Below, one piece after another: positions 9,081-17,223 of a stretch of 64,000 bases of DNA. Below the pieces are notes generated by a model. It did not search any database, was not told where the DNA came from, and saw only the letters and a list, made by a program, of their open reading frames with translations. This DNA is from Myxococcota bacterium (GTDB lineage Bacteria > Myxococcota > UBA4151): the NCBI GenBank assembly GCA_036338695.1, contig JAYZBQ010000048.1, positions 288,001 through 352,000 on the forward strand, in the 5' to 3' direction. Numbering within the stretch: position 1 is the first letter of the stretch; each line of letters begins with the position of its first letter. The translations under genes and the position numbers were made by a program.

Positions 9081-10126
9081 GTCACGAAGCCGAGCTCGGT
9101 GTGATCACCGAGCGGCACCCAGCGCCGAACGCGGACACGGCGGCGAAGGCGAGCAGCGAGGGGTAACGGCTCTGGCTCGCCCCCTTGAGCGCTCAAGTAC
9201 GCGAGAAACGCTTCATAACTCTCATCCTCACACGGATCGAAACGTCGACCGATCGCGCGCAGCGCCTCGGCGAACGCGCCGCAGTGCTCATAGCGCGCAT
9301 CAGGATCTCGGCTGAGCGCTTGATCGAGCACATCGACAAGCGGCGAAGGGAGCCCGATGGTCACCTCAGTGATGCTCGGTAATTCGGTGTACAAGACGCG
9401 GCCGAGGGTGCGCGCCGGCGTCGTGTCAGCGAGCAGACGCCGACAGGCTAACAGCTCGAACAAGACGACCGCCAAGCTGAACTGATCGGCGCGATGATCG
9501 ACCCGCTCAGCTGACGCTTGCTGCGGCGCCATATAGGCTAGTTTGCCGCACAAGCTCCCGTTGGCGGTGATGCGTTGGTTGCAGTCTGCCTTGGCGACGC
9601 CAAAGTCACCCAAATGCGCGCGTCCGTGCTCATCGAGTAAAATATTGTCGGGGCTGATGTCGCGATGAACCAGGTGCAACGGGCGCCCCTGGGCGTCCTT
9701 GGCTCGATGAGCGTAATGAAGCGCCTCAGCGACCTCGGCGGCGAGCCGCAAACACAAGCCCAAGGGCAACGTCGTGCCCGCCCCGTGGGCGCGCTCAGCG
9801 AGCTGGCGCAAGCTCAAGCCGTCGATGTAATCAAGGACGATGTAAGGCGCCTCGTCGACGTAGCCGTGGTCGAGCTGGCGTACCAAGCCGCGGTGCCTTA
9901 AGAGCCGGCCTAGGCGCGCCTCATCACCAAAACACAGGCGCACCGACGGGTCATCACTTAGATGGGAAAGGATCCGCTTAATCGCCACCAACTTGCCGTC
10001 ATCGCGTTCCGCGAGCCAGACCTCGGCCATCCCGCCAGAGCCGAGACGACGCTTCATCCGATAGCGTCCCGCAAACCATTTGCGCTTAGACACTGAAGCG
10101 ATCAATCGTTGAAACAGAGCGTTCAT
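9077..10126 (-). CDS. Hanks-type Ser/Thr protein kinase (cytoplasmic)
   Basis: LGSGGMAEV, VAIK, HRDISPDN, DFG, YMAPQQ, ADQFSL. GAGGAGG upstream. Confidence 0.92.
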   Translation of the reverse strand: MNALFQRLIASVSKRKWFAGRYRMKRRLGSGGMAEVWLAERDDGKLVAIKRILSHLSDDPSVRLCFGDEARLGRLLRHRGLVRQLDHGYVDEAPYIVLDYIDGLSLRQLAERAHGAGTTLPLGLCLRLAAEVAEALHYAHRAKDAQGRPLHLVHRDISPDNILLDEHGRAHLGDFGVAKADCNQRITANGSLCGKLAYMAPQQASAERVDHRADQFSLAVVLFELLACRRLLADTTPARTLGRVLYTELPSITEVTIGLPSPLVDVLDQALSRDPDARYEHCGAFAEALRAIGRRFDPCEDESYEAFLAYLSAQGGEPEPLPLAARLRRRVRVRRWVPLGDHTELGFVT

Positions 10127-10348
10127 CCCGGCCTCCTCTCAAGCAATGCGCTGCGGCGTTGCTTTGTTGGGTTTGTTGGCCGGTTGCGTTGATCCGTTCG
10201 GTGGTTCTTCAAACCGTGCGCCGTCAGGCGTTTAGGTCAGTAACTTTGCGAGCTTGGGTTTCCCTCAAGGGTGCCGTTTCGCTGCAATCAGCCATGCTCC
10301 TCTCGTCCCTGTTATCGGTAGTCTAATCGATTTTCTTTAGGGTGCAAC

Positions 10349-10388
10349 TTGAAACAGACAAATGTCTGGTTTACAAGACACCTGTCTG
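10349..10388 (+). promoter_or_regulatory. Putative lexA promoter (TTGAAA-N17-TACAAG) overlapped by two AGACA-N2-TGTCT palindromic operators
   Basis: CAGACAAATGTCTG at 10355-10368 and AGACACCTGTCT at 10376-10387, immediately upstream of lexA. Confidence 0.7.
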
Positions 10389-10396
10389 GAGTCTTC

Positions 10397-11020
10397 ATGC
10401 GCGCCTCTACCGCCCACCTTCGCAAACGCATCCTCAGCTACGTCAAGCGTCGAATCCTTGAAGGTCAGCCTCCGACGATACGCGAGGTCCAAGAGGCCTT
10501 TGGATTTGCGGCGGTCGAGAGCGCGAGACAACACCTCAAAGCGCTCGTCGAAGCAGGCGAGCTGCTCCAGGTATCCGGTCGCTCGCGCGGTTACGGGCTC
10601 CCGAAACAGCGCTACATCAAGCGCAGGGCGCTCCCCATCCTCGGCGCCGTTCAAGCAGGCGATCTGACCACCGCGCTCGAGGATCCAGAAGGTTTCCTTG
10701 AGCTCCCTGTTCGCAACGTTCATGACGAGCACTTTCTCCTGCGGGTCGAGGGAGAGAGCATGATCAACGCAGGGATTCACCCTGGCGATCTGCTGCTGGT
10801 GCGTCGCACCTCGGTCGCCCCCAACGGAGCGATCGTCGTGGCGATGATCGACGACGAGGCAACCGTCAAAAGGATCAAAATAACACCGAAAAGTATCAAA
10901 CTTGTGCCAGAAAACCCCAATTTTCCAACAATAGAGACAAACGATAGAAACCTAAGACTGCTCGGTGTCGTCAGTGAGATCCACCGCTACCTTGAAGGCG
11001 TCCCGAGTACCGATGTCTAA
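10397..11020 (+). CDS. lexA: SOS repressor LexA
   Basis: PPTIREVQEAFGF...ARQHLKAL winged helix, cleavage site VQAG, catalytic Ser GESM and Lys ATVKR. ATG 10397 after GGAG. Confidence 0.95.
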   Translation: MRASTAHLRKRILSYVKRRILEGQPPTIREVQEAFGFAAVESARQHLKALVEAGELLQVSGRSRGYGLPKQRYIKRRALPILGAVQAGDLTTALEDPEGFLELPVRNVHDEHFLLRVEGESMINAGIHPGDLLLVRRTSVAPNGAIVVAMIDDEATVKRIKITPKSIKLVPENPNFPTIETNDRNLRLLGVVSEIHRYLEGVPSTDV

Positions 11021-11615
11021 CGCAGCGCTCCCGCTCAGCCTCCTCAAGGCAGGGCTGCAAAGAGGTAGCGAGCTGACGCCCGCGCCCCGCCCTCAAGAGG
11101 CTCCTTGGACATACCAAGGGCTGCTCGGCCGCCTGGCTCTGTTCACGGGCACAGGGCGCGTCAGCGCCGCAGTACAGCTCATAGCCCAAGCGCAACAACA
11201 CAAAGAGCCCTGCGCCTGGATTGTAGAGAAAGGGTTTGAGCCCTTTGCTCCAGACCTTCAAGCGTCAGGGGTTGCGCTAGACAGCCTGATGCTCATTCGC
11301 CTCAAGGAGCACCCACAGCTCGCCCGCGCAGCGGACCTCTTAGCTCGAACCGGCGGCGTCGGGCTGGTCATCATCGACAGCCGCTCGCTCCCCTCGAAGG
11401 GCGCTTTAAAACGCCTCGCAAATCACGCACAGCGACACCACATGTCCGCTGTGATCCTGAGCGATCAAGCGCATACAACTCACGCTTTTTCGCTGGTTGC
11501 TCGCGCCGCTCCTAACGAACACAAAGCGCAACATATCCGCGCGCTCAAAGACCGCCTCAACCCAGCGCTCTGGAACCACAGCGAACCCTATCATGATGTC
11601 CCCGGTTGCCCTTAG
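11013..11615 (+). CDS. imuA: ImuA-like RecA-fold mutasome accessory protein
   Basis: Degenerate Walker A (TGTGRVS), EPCAWI, FAPDLQASGVALDSL, LVIIDS. Lies between lexA and imuB and overlaps the lexA stop. Confidence 0.8.
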   Translation: MSNAALPLSLLKAGLQRGSELTPAPRPQEAPWTYQGLLGRLALFTGTGRVSAAVQLIAQAQQHKEPCAWIVEKGFEPFAPDLQASGVALDSLMLIRLKEHPQLARAADLLARTGGVGLVIIDSRSLPSKGALKRLANHAQRHHMSAVILSDQAHTTHAFSLVARAAPNEHKAQHIRALKDRLNPALWNHSEPYHDVPGCP

Positions 11616-12858
11616 TTTTGCCGATGATGTCCTTGAGCGCGATGAGCTCATCGCTCGGCTTCACACCTTCAGCCCGCTGGTCGCGCACTGGCAAGAACTG
11701 CCTCATGTTTTCTGGGTTGAGACGGCGGGTGAGCCCATTAAGGGATTATCCACCGCAGCCTTTATCCGCAGGCTCATCACGGAGCTAAGACGCGCAGGTT
11801 ATTTACCTTCGGCGGTGTGGGGCTGCGCGCCCTACGCGGCGGCGCTGCTTGCCCAGCGACTCCCTGTAACCCATACGCTCCACCTCGACCGCAGGCAGCA
11901 AAACGGTGCGCTAAGCGGACTCCCCATTGCGGCGCTCAACCTCGAAGAGGCGACCGTCAAAAGCTTAGAGCGACTGGGTGTCACCCACCTAAGATCACTC
12001 GGTAAAGTCTCCCAGGACGATCTGGAGGCGCGCTATGGAGCCCCACTCAAAATCCGCCTCAGGCTCCTCGCTGGCGCCAACCCACCGTGGCGGATCGCCA
12101 CCCCACCGCCTAGCTGCTCGCGCACGCTGCTGATCGAGCATGCGCTGACGCGCCGCGAGGCGCTGCTGTTTGTGATCGCCGCACCTCTTGAAGAGGCGCT
12201 TGAAGAGCTCGCAAGCCAAGGTCTCGCCTGTCGCGCCATGCTGATCTCTTGCGCCTGCGATGATGGCGAGCGCATCCGCTACGCTGTTCGCCCTGCGCGC
12301 CCGAGCCTTGACGCCCAATGGCTCGTTGAGTTGCTCCGACTCAAGCTCGAAAACTCAGCGCTTCATTCGGCGATCATCAGCGCAGACCTTGAGCTCCAGA
12401 GCGCCCCGGCAGACGCACAACAGCTTCACCTCTTTGAGATCGGTCGACGAGATCAGCGTCAGAGCGATGAGGCGCTCGATCGCATCCGAGCAGAGCTCGG
12501 TGAAGACTGTCTTTTTATCGCCCAGGCCTGCGCCGAGCACCACCCACAAGAGGGTACAAACTGGCAGCGTCATGACAGCGGCTGGCCTACTGTTCAACCG
12601 CTCAAGCCGCGCCCATCATGGGTCCGTAGGCAGCTTCAAACACCGCAAGCACTTGCGCCCCCGCCGCCCGCAGGGGCGTGGTCGGTGCTCGGCAAGCGGG
12701 TGCTCGAGATCGGAGGTCCCTTCCCGCTGCTGCAGCGCTGGTGGTCGAGCGAGCGCCGAGAGGAAGAGTACCTCCTAAAGGTCGACAGCGGAGAGGTTTT
12801 TTGGGTCCTACATGACCCACAAGCGGGCAGCTGGTCTCTGATCGGATGGGTCGCCTGA
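11593..12858 (+). CDS. imuB: ImuB, inactive Y-family polymerase homolog (short form)
   Basis: FSPLV, LPIAAL, LERLGVTHL (HhH), beta-clamp motif QLHLF, C-terminal GGPF..RWW...YL...GEVFWV...W.LIG. Directly precedes dnaE2. Confidence 0.85.
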   Translation: MMSPVALSFADDVLERDELIARLHTFSPLVAHWQELPHVFWVETAGEPIKGLSTAAFIRRLITELRRAGYLPSAVWGCAPYAAALLAQRLPVTHTLHLDRRQQNGALSGLPIAALNLEEATVKSLERLGVTHLRSLGKVSQDDLEARYGAPLKIRLRLLAGANPPWRIATPPPSCSRTLLIEHALTRREALLFVIAAPLEEALEELASQGLACRAMLISCACDDGERIRYAVRPARPSLDAQWLVELLRLKLENSALHSAIISADLELQSAPADAQQLHLFEIGRRDQRQSDEALDRIRAELGEDCLFIAQACAEHHPQEGTNWQRHDSGWPTVQPLKPRPSWVRRQLQTPQALAPPPPAGAWSVLGKRVLEIGGPFPLLQRWWSSERREEEYLLKVDSGEVFWVLHDPQAGSWSLIGWVA

Positions 12859-15800
12859 TGAAGCCGTACGTGCCGCTGTGGTGCAAGAGCCACTTCTCCT
12901 TACTTGAGGGCGCCTCCGCCCCTGAAGAGCTGGTCACCCGCGCCCACGAACTCGGTCTACAAGCGCTTGCGCTAACGGACCGGGACAGCTTGGCCGGAGC
13001 CCCTAGAGCGGCTGCGCACGCACGAAAGCTCGGTCTCAAGCTCCTCTATGGCGCCGAGGTCCGCCTCACCGCGCAACGGCGCATCACCCTGATCGCAAAG
13101 GATCGCTTGGGCTATGGAAACCTGACGCAACTGCTCAGCAGAGCGCCGAGCCAAGAGGCGAGCTCCGCGCTGACCATGGACGACCTGTACCGGGCTGCGC
13201 AGGGCTGTTTTGCGCTGATCGGTGGGGCGGATGGCTGGTTTGGCGCAGAGCCCGAGGTCTGCTCGCGCACGGTCGATCAACTCAAGGCGTCGTTTGCGGA
13301 CCGCCTCTTTGTTCGGATCAGCGATCACCGCTACCCCGCAGAGGTGCAGCAGCGCCGACTGCTCGCGGCGCGCGCCCAGGCGTTTCAACTGCCCCTGGTC
13401 GCCGCTAACGAACACCTCTACCACCACCCGAGCAGGCGCCGGCTCTGCGATATCCTGAGCTGCACCCGGTTCAACTCGACGCTCGATGATGCAGGCCTCA
13501 ACTTAAGACGAAACGCAGACCACGCGCTGGCGTCACCCGAGACCTTCGCGGCGCGCTTTCAAGGAAAACCAGAGTGGATTGAGCGCAGCTTCGCCATCGC
13601 ACAAGCCTGCTCCTTTGATCTGTTCGCTTTGCGGTATCGATATCCGTGCGAGCGGCTGCCCCAAGGGGTTCGCGGCATCGATCACCTCGCTCATCTTGCG
13701 CAGGTCGGAGGCCAAAAACGCTACCGAGGTCCGGTGCCCGATGCGGTTCAAGCGCAGCTCGCCAAGGAGCTCGAACTCGTTCAAGAACTCGATTATACCG
13801 GCTATTTTTTAACGATGCACGACATCGTTCAATTCTGCCAAGCGCAGGGTATTTTATGCCAAGGACGAGGATCGGCGGCGAATTCAGCACTGTGTTACTG
13901 CCTCGAGATCACCGCGGTGGACCCCATGAAGCACCAGCTGTTGTTTGAGCGGTTTTTATCCCGAGAACGCAGCGAGCCACCCGACATCGACCTCGATATA
14001 GCCCACGAGCGCCGCGAAGAGGTGATCCAATACGTCTACTCAAAGTACGGTAGACGCCACGCAGCGATGGTGTCCGTAAACATACGTTATCGCGCTAAAT
14101 CAGCATTAAATGACGCAGGCAAAGCGCTTAAAATTGATATAAAAGACATTAAAAAAGTCACGAAGCTGACCCACCGCTCGCTGCGCACCTTGTCACCCGA
14201 TCTCCTTGAGACCGCTGGGCTCGACCCAGCCCAACCCACCTACCAAACCTGGATCGAGATCGCCGAGCAGATGCTCGGCACCCCCCGACACCGATCGACA
14301 CATCCTGGCGGTTTTCTCTTAGGGCATGAGCCCATCGACACCTTCGTCCCCGTGCTCCCCGCGGCGATGCCAGGGCGCACCGTGATCCAATGGGACAAGG
14401 AGGACGTCGAGACGCTCAGCCTCTTCAAAGTCGACCTGCTCGGGCTTGGGATGCTCAGCCAATTACAGCGCTGTTTTGAGCTGCTCAGGCGCCACCCCCC
14501 GCCCTCGATGGTGGCGCTGCGCGACGCGAGTGACCACGACCTGCTCGCGCGCATCCCGGCCGATGACGAGGCGACCTATACCATGCTCAGTTGCGGGGAC
14601 TCACTCGGCGTTTTTCAGGTCGAGTCGCGCGCACAGATGAACATGCTCCCGCGGCTCAGGCCCCAACGATTTTATGATCTGGTCGTGCAAATTGCGATCG
14701 TTCGCCCCGGACCGATCTCTGGGGACATGGTCCACCCTTATCTCAGGCGCAGAAACGGCGAAGAGGCCGTGGTCTATCCGCACCCCAGCCTCGAGCCCAT
14801 CCTCGAGCGCACCCTCGGTGTACCCCTGTTTCAAGAGCAGGTGATGCGGATCGCGATGGTCGCTGCTGACTACACCCCCGGCGAGGCCGATCAGCTCCGG
14901 CGCGACATGGGCGCGTGGAAGCAAACCGGTCGCATGGAGGGGCACGAGCACCGCCTCATCGAGCGTATGAAATCAAAGGGTATCTCAGAACAGTTCGCCG
15001 AACGCGTGTACGAGCAGATCAAGGGTTTTGGAGAGTACGGCTTTCCAGAGAGCCACGCAGCAAGCTTTGCGCTCATCAGCTACGCCACAGCCTTTCTCAA
15101 AAGGCATTTCCCAGCGCACTTCTACGCGGCGCTGATCAACGCACAACCGATGGGTTTTTATAGCGTGTCGACCCTCGTCTACGGCGCACAACGCGAGGGC
15201 GTCACCGTGCTCCCCATCGATGTCCGTTTCTCAACCTGGGAGAGCACGCTTGAGCTCGCCGAAGGCCGGCTTGCGATCCGTATGGGGTTCCGGTCAATCA
15301 AAGGGCTCGGCTCGCAGCAAAAATCAAAACTCGACCCACCACCTCGCCCCGAAAGCAACGAAGCGCTCGGCGTATTCGCTCGCCGCCTACAGCTCGCTCG
15401 CCCCGCCCTCGAAGCGCTGGCTGAGGCGGGCGCCTTTCATATGTTCGGCTCACGGCGAGACGTCCTGTGGCAGATCATGGAGCCGGGTCTCGTGCGTCAT
15501 GAACCGCTGATGCTCGCCGAACACAACGCGAGCTCCTCATTCGCTTACCTCAGCGAGCTTGAGCGCATCGTGTGGGACCAGCGACGAACCGCCCACAGCA
15601 CGAGAGGGCATCCCTTTGCCCTGCTTCGGCGAGCCTGCGACCAAAAGGGGTTTATGAGCTCGTCTCAACTCACACGCTGCCGCCATCAAAGCCGCGCCAG
15701 CTGTGTCGGTTTAGTAATCTGCCGCCAGCGCCCGAGCACCGCCTCAGGGGTGACCTTCGTGACCCTCGAAGACGAGGACGGCTTCGTTAACTTGGTGATC

Positions 15801-15971
15801 TGGAAAAAGGTCGCCGAGCGCTTTCAGGTCACGCTCAAGGGCGCTTCCGTGCTCGCTGCGTCGGGACGCGTGCAGCGCGAGCAGGAGATCACTCATCTGA
15901 TCGTGCACCGCCTCTGGATCCCCGAACTCGACGCCGCGATCGAGCCCGTTGCGAGCCATGACTACCGCTAG
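12858..15971 (+). CDS. dnaE2: Error-prone DNA polymerase DnaE2 (ImuC)
   Basis: PHP start CKSHFSLLEGAS, CQGRGSAANS, PPDIDLD, YGFPESHAASFA, OB-fold RQRPSTASGVTF, C-terminal SHDYR (variant of the SRDF[HR] signature). Confidence 0.96.
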   Translation: MKPYVPLWCKSHFSLLEGASAPEELVTRAHELGLQALALTDRDSLAGAPRAAAHARKLGLKLLYGAEVRLTAQRRITLIAKDRLGYGNLTQLLSRAPSQEASSALTMDDLYRAAQGCFALIGGADGWFGAEPEVCSRTVDQLKASFADRLFVRISDHRYPAEVQQRRLLAARAQAFQLPLVAANEHLYHHPSRRRLCDILSCTRFNSTLDDAGLNLRRNADHALASPETFAARFQGKPEWIERSFAIAQACSFDLFALRYRYPCERLPQGVRGIDHLAHLAQVGGQKRYRGPVPDAVQAQLAKELELVQELDYTGYFLTMHDIVQFCQAQGILCQGRGSAANSALCYCLEITAVDPMKHQLLFERFLSRERSEPPDIDLDIAHERREEVIQYVYSKYGRRHAAMVSVNIRYRAKSALNDAGKALKIDIKDIKKVTKLTHRSLRTLSPDLLETAGLDPAQPTYQTWIEIAEQMLGTPRHRSTHPGGFLLGHEPIDTFVPVLPAAMPGRTVIQWDKEDVETLSLFKVDLLGLGMLSQLQRCFELLRRHPPPSMVALRDASDHDLLARIPADDEATYTMLSCGDSLGVFQVESRAQMNMLPRLRPQRFYDLVVQIAIVRPGPISGDMVHPYLRRRNGEEAVVYPHPSLEPILERTLGVPLFQEQVMRIAMVAADYTPGEADQLRRDMGAWKQTGRMEGHEHRLIERMKSKGISEQFAERVYEQIKGFGEYGFPESHAASFALISYATAFLKRHFPAHFYAALINAQPMGFYSVSTLVYGAQREGVTVLPIDVRFSTWESTLELAEGRLAIRMGFRSIKGLGSQQKSKLDPPPRPESNEALGVFARRLQLARPALEALAEAGAFHMFGSRRDVLWQIMEPGLVRHEPLMLAEHNASSSFAYLSELERIVWDQRRTAHSTRGHPFALLRRACDQKGFMSSSQLTRCRHQSRASCVGLVICRQRPSTASGVTFVTLEDEDGFVNLVIWKKVAERFQVTLKGASVLAASGRVQREQEITHLIVHRLWIPELDAAIEPVASHDYR

Positions 15972-17056
15972 CGGCGCTCGACCTGGATGCTCCCAGCCTG
16001 CGCTTGCGCCTGCCGCTCAAGGGCGAGCACACTGAGCCGCCCCGCCACGTTCTGCGCCACCTCGAGCAGCTTGAGCGCAATGGCGCTCTGTGGATCCGCA
16101 AGGACCATCGGGGTCCCCTCATCGCCTTGGCTCGATAGGCGCGGCTCGATCGGCAATTGACCCAACATCGGCACCTCGAGGCGCTCAGACGCCTTCCGCC
16201 CGCCGCCCTCACCAAACACCGGGATCGGGTCGCCGCCGCCCGGCGGGGTAAAGCCCGCCATGTTCTCGATCAACCCCGCAACCGGTATCTTGAGCGTATC
16301 GAACATCGTTTTTGCGCGCAGCACATCGGCCACCGCAACGTCCTGAGGAGTCGTCACGATCACCGCTGCGCCGACGGTCACCATCTGCGCAATACTCAGC
16401 GGGACATCGCCCGTTCCCGGCGGTAAATCGACGACTAAATAGTCGAGCTCGCCCCACCGTACGTCACCGAAAAACTGCCGCAGCGCGTTGTTGAGCATAG
16501 GTCCTCGCCACACCAGCGCAGCCGTGTCATCGACGAAGGATCCCATCGAGATCACCTTCATGCCGTGCGCTCGCATCGGCAGGATCTTCTTGTCTGCGCC
16601 CGCTTGCGGCTTTTCGTTGAGCCCCAGCATCGTCGGGATCGACGGGCCGTAGATGTCGGCATCGAGGAGACCGACGCGCGCACCTGAACGGCTCAGCCCC
16701 GCCGCGAGGTTGACCGCAACCGTCGATTTCCCCACGCCACCCTTACCGGCGCCGACGGCGATCACATACTTGATCCCTGGGACCAGGCTCTGCTGCTCAT
16801 GGCGCTGCCCGGCCATCTGAACACCCCACTCGATCTCCACGCGCTCGGCTCCGACCCCCGTTAAGGCCTGCTCGATATCGCCTTGGATCTTGCCCTTGAG
16901 CGGGCAGGCGGGGGTCGTCAAATTGATGACGGCACGGACGAAAGCGCCCTCAACCTGGACCTCGCCCACCATATTGAGCGTCACTAAATCCTTACCAATT
17001 TCAGGGTCATTGACCGTCTTTAGGGCGTCGCGAACGACGCGTTCATCCAGAGCCAT
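15968..17056 (-). CDS. mrp: Mrp/ApbC/NBP35 P-loop ATPase with N-terminal DUF59-like domain
   Basis: LTTPACPL, GKGGVGKST, DADIYGPS, WRGPM, DLPPGTGD, VTTPQ, ENM. Confidence 0.93.
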   Translation of the reverse strand: MALDERVVRDALKTVNDPEIGKDLVTLNMVGEVQVEGAFVRAVINLTTPACPLKGKIQGDIEQALTGVGAERVEIEWGVQMAGQRHEQQSLVPGIKYVIAVGAGKGGVGKSTVAVNLAAGLSRSGARVGLLDADIYGPSIPTMLGLNEKPQAGADKKILPMRAHGMKVISMGSFVDDTAALVWRGPMLNNALRQFFGDVRWGELDYLVVDLPPGTGDVPLSIAQMVTVGAAVIVTTPQDVAVADVLRAKTMFDTLKIPVAGLIENMAGFTPPGGGDPIPVFGEGGGRKASERLEVPMLGQLPIEPRLSSQGDEGTPMVLADPQSAIALKLLEVAQNVAGRLSVLALERQAQAQAGSIQVERR

Positions 17057-17223
17057 GAGCGCCCCCTTGTCCGTTTCATGAGGGCTCTTAGAGCAGCCAG
17101 CCAGCGCCCGCAACATCGACCGGTGCCGGATGTCGCTCGCGCGCGTGCGCTCTCGCGTGCGCGAAACCCCTTGACCTTTGAACGGCTTATTCTAGAAGGT
17201 ATTTCGAGTTTGTGGAGAATCCG

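Noticed and set aside
10146..10235. 29-aa plus-strand ORF MRCGVALLGLLAGCVDP... with an LAGC lipobox
   Set aside because: No RBS, very short signal peptide, and it is antisense to the CAA-rich kinase leader, which yields Leu/Val/Gly codons by chance.
10224..10295. 23-aa minus-strand ORF MADCSETAPL... upstream of the kinase
   Set aside because: The purine-rich tract is too close to the ATG and there is no recognisable motif.
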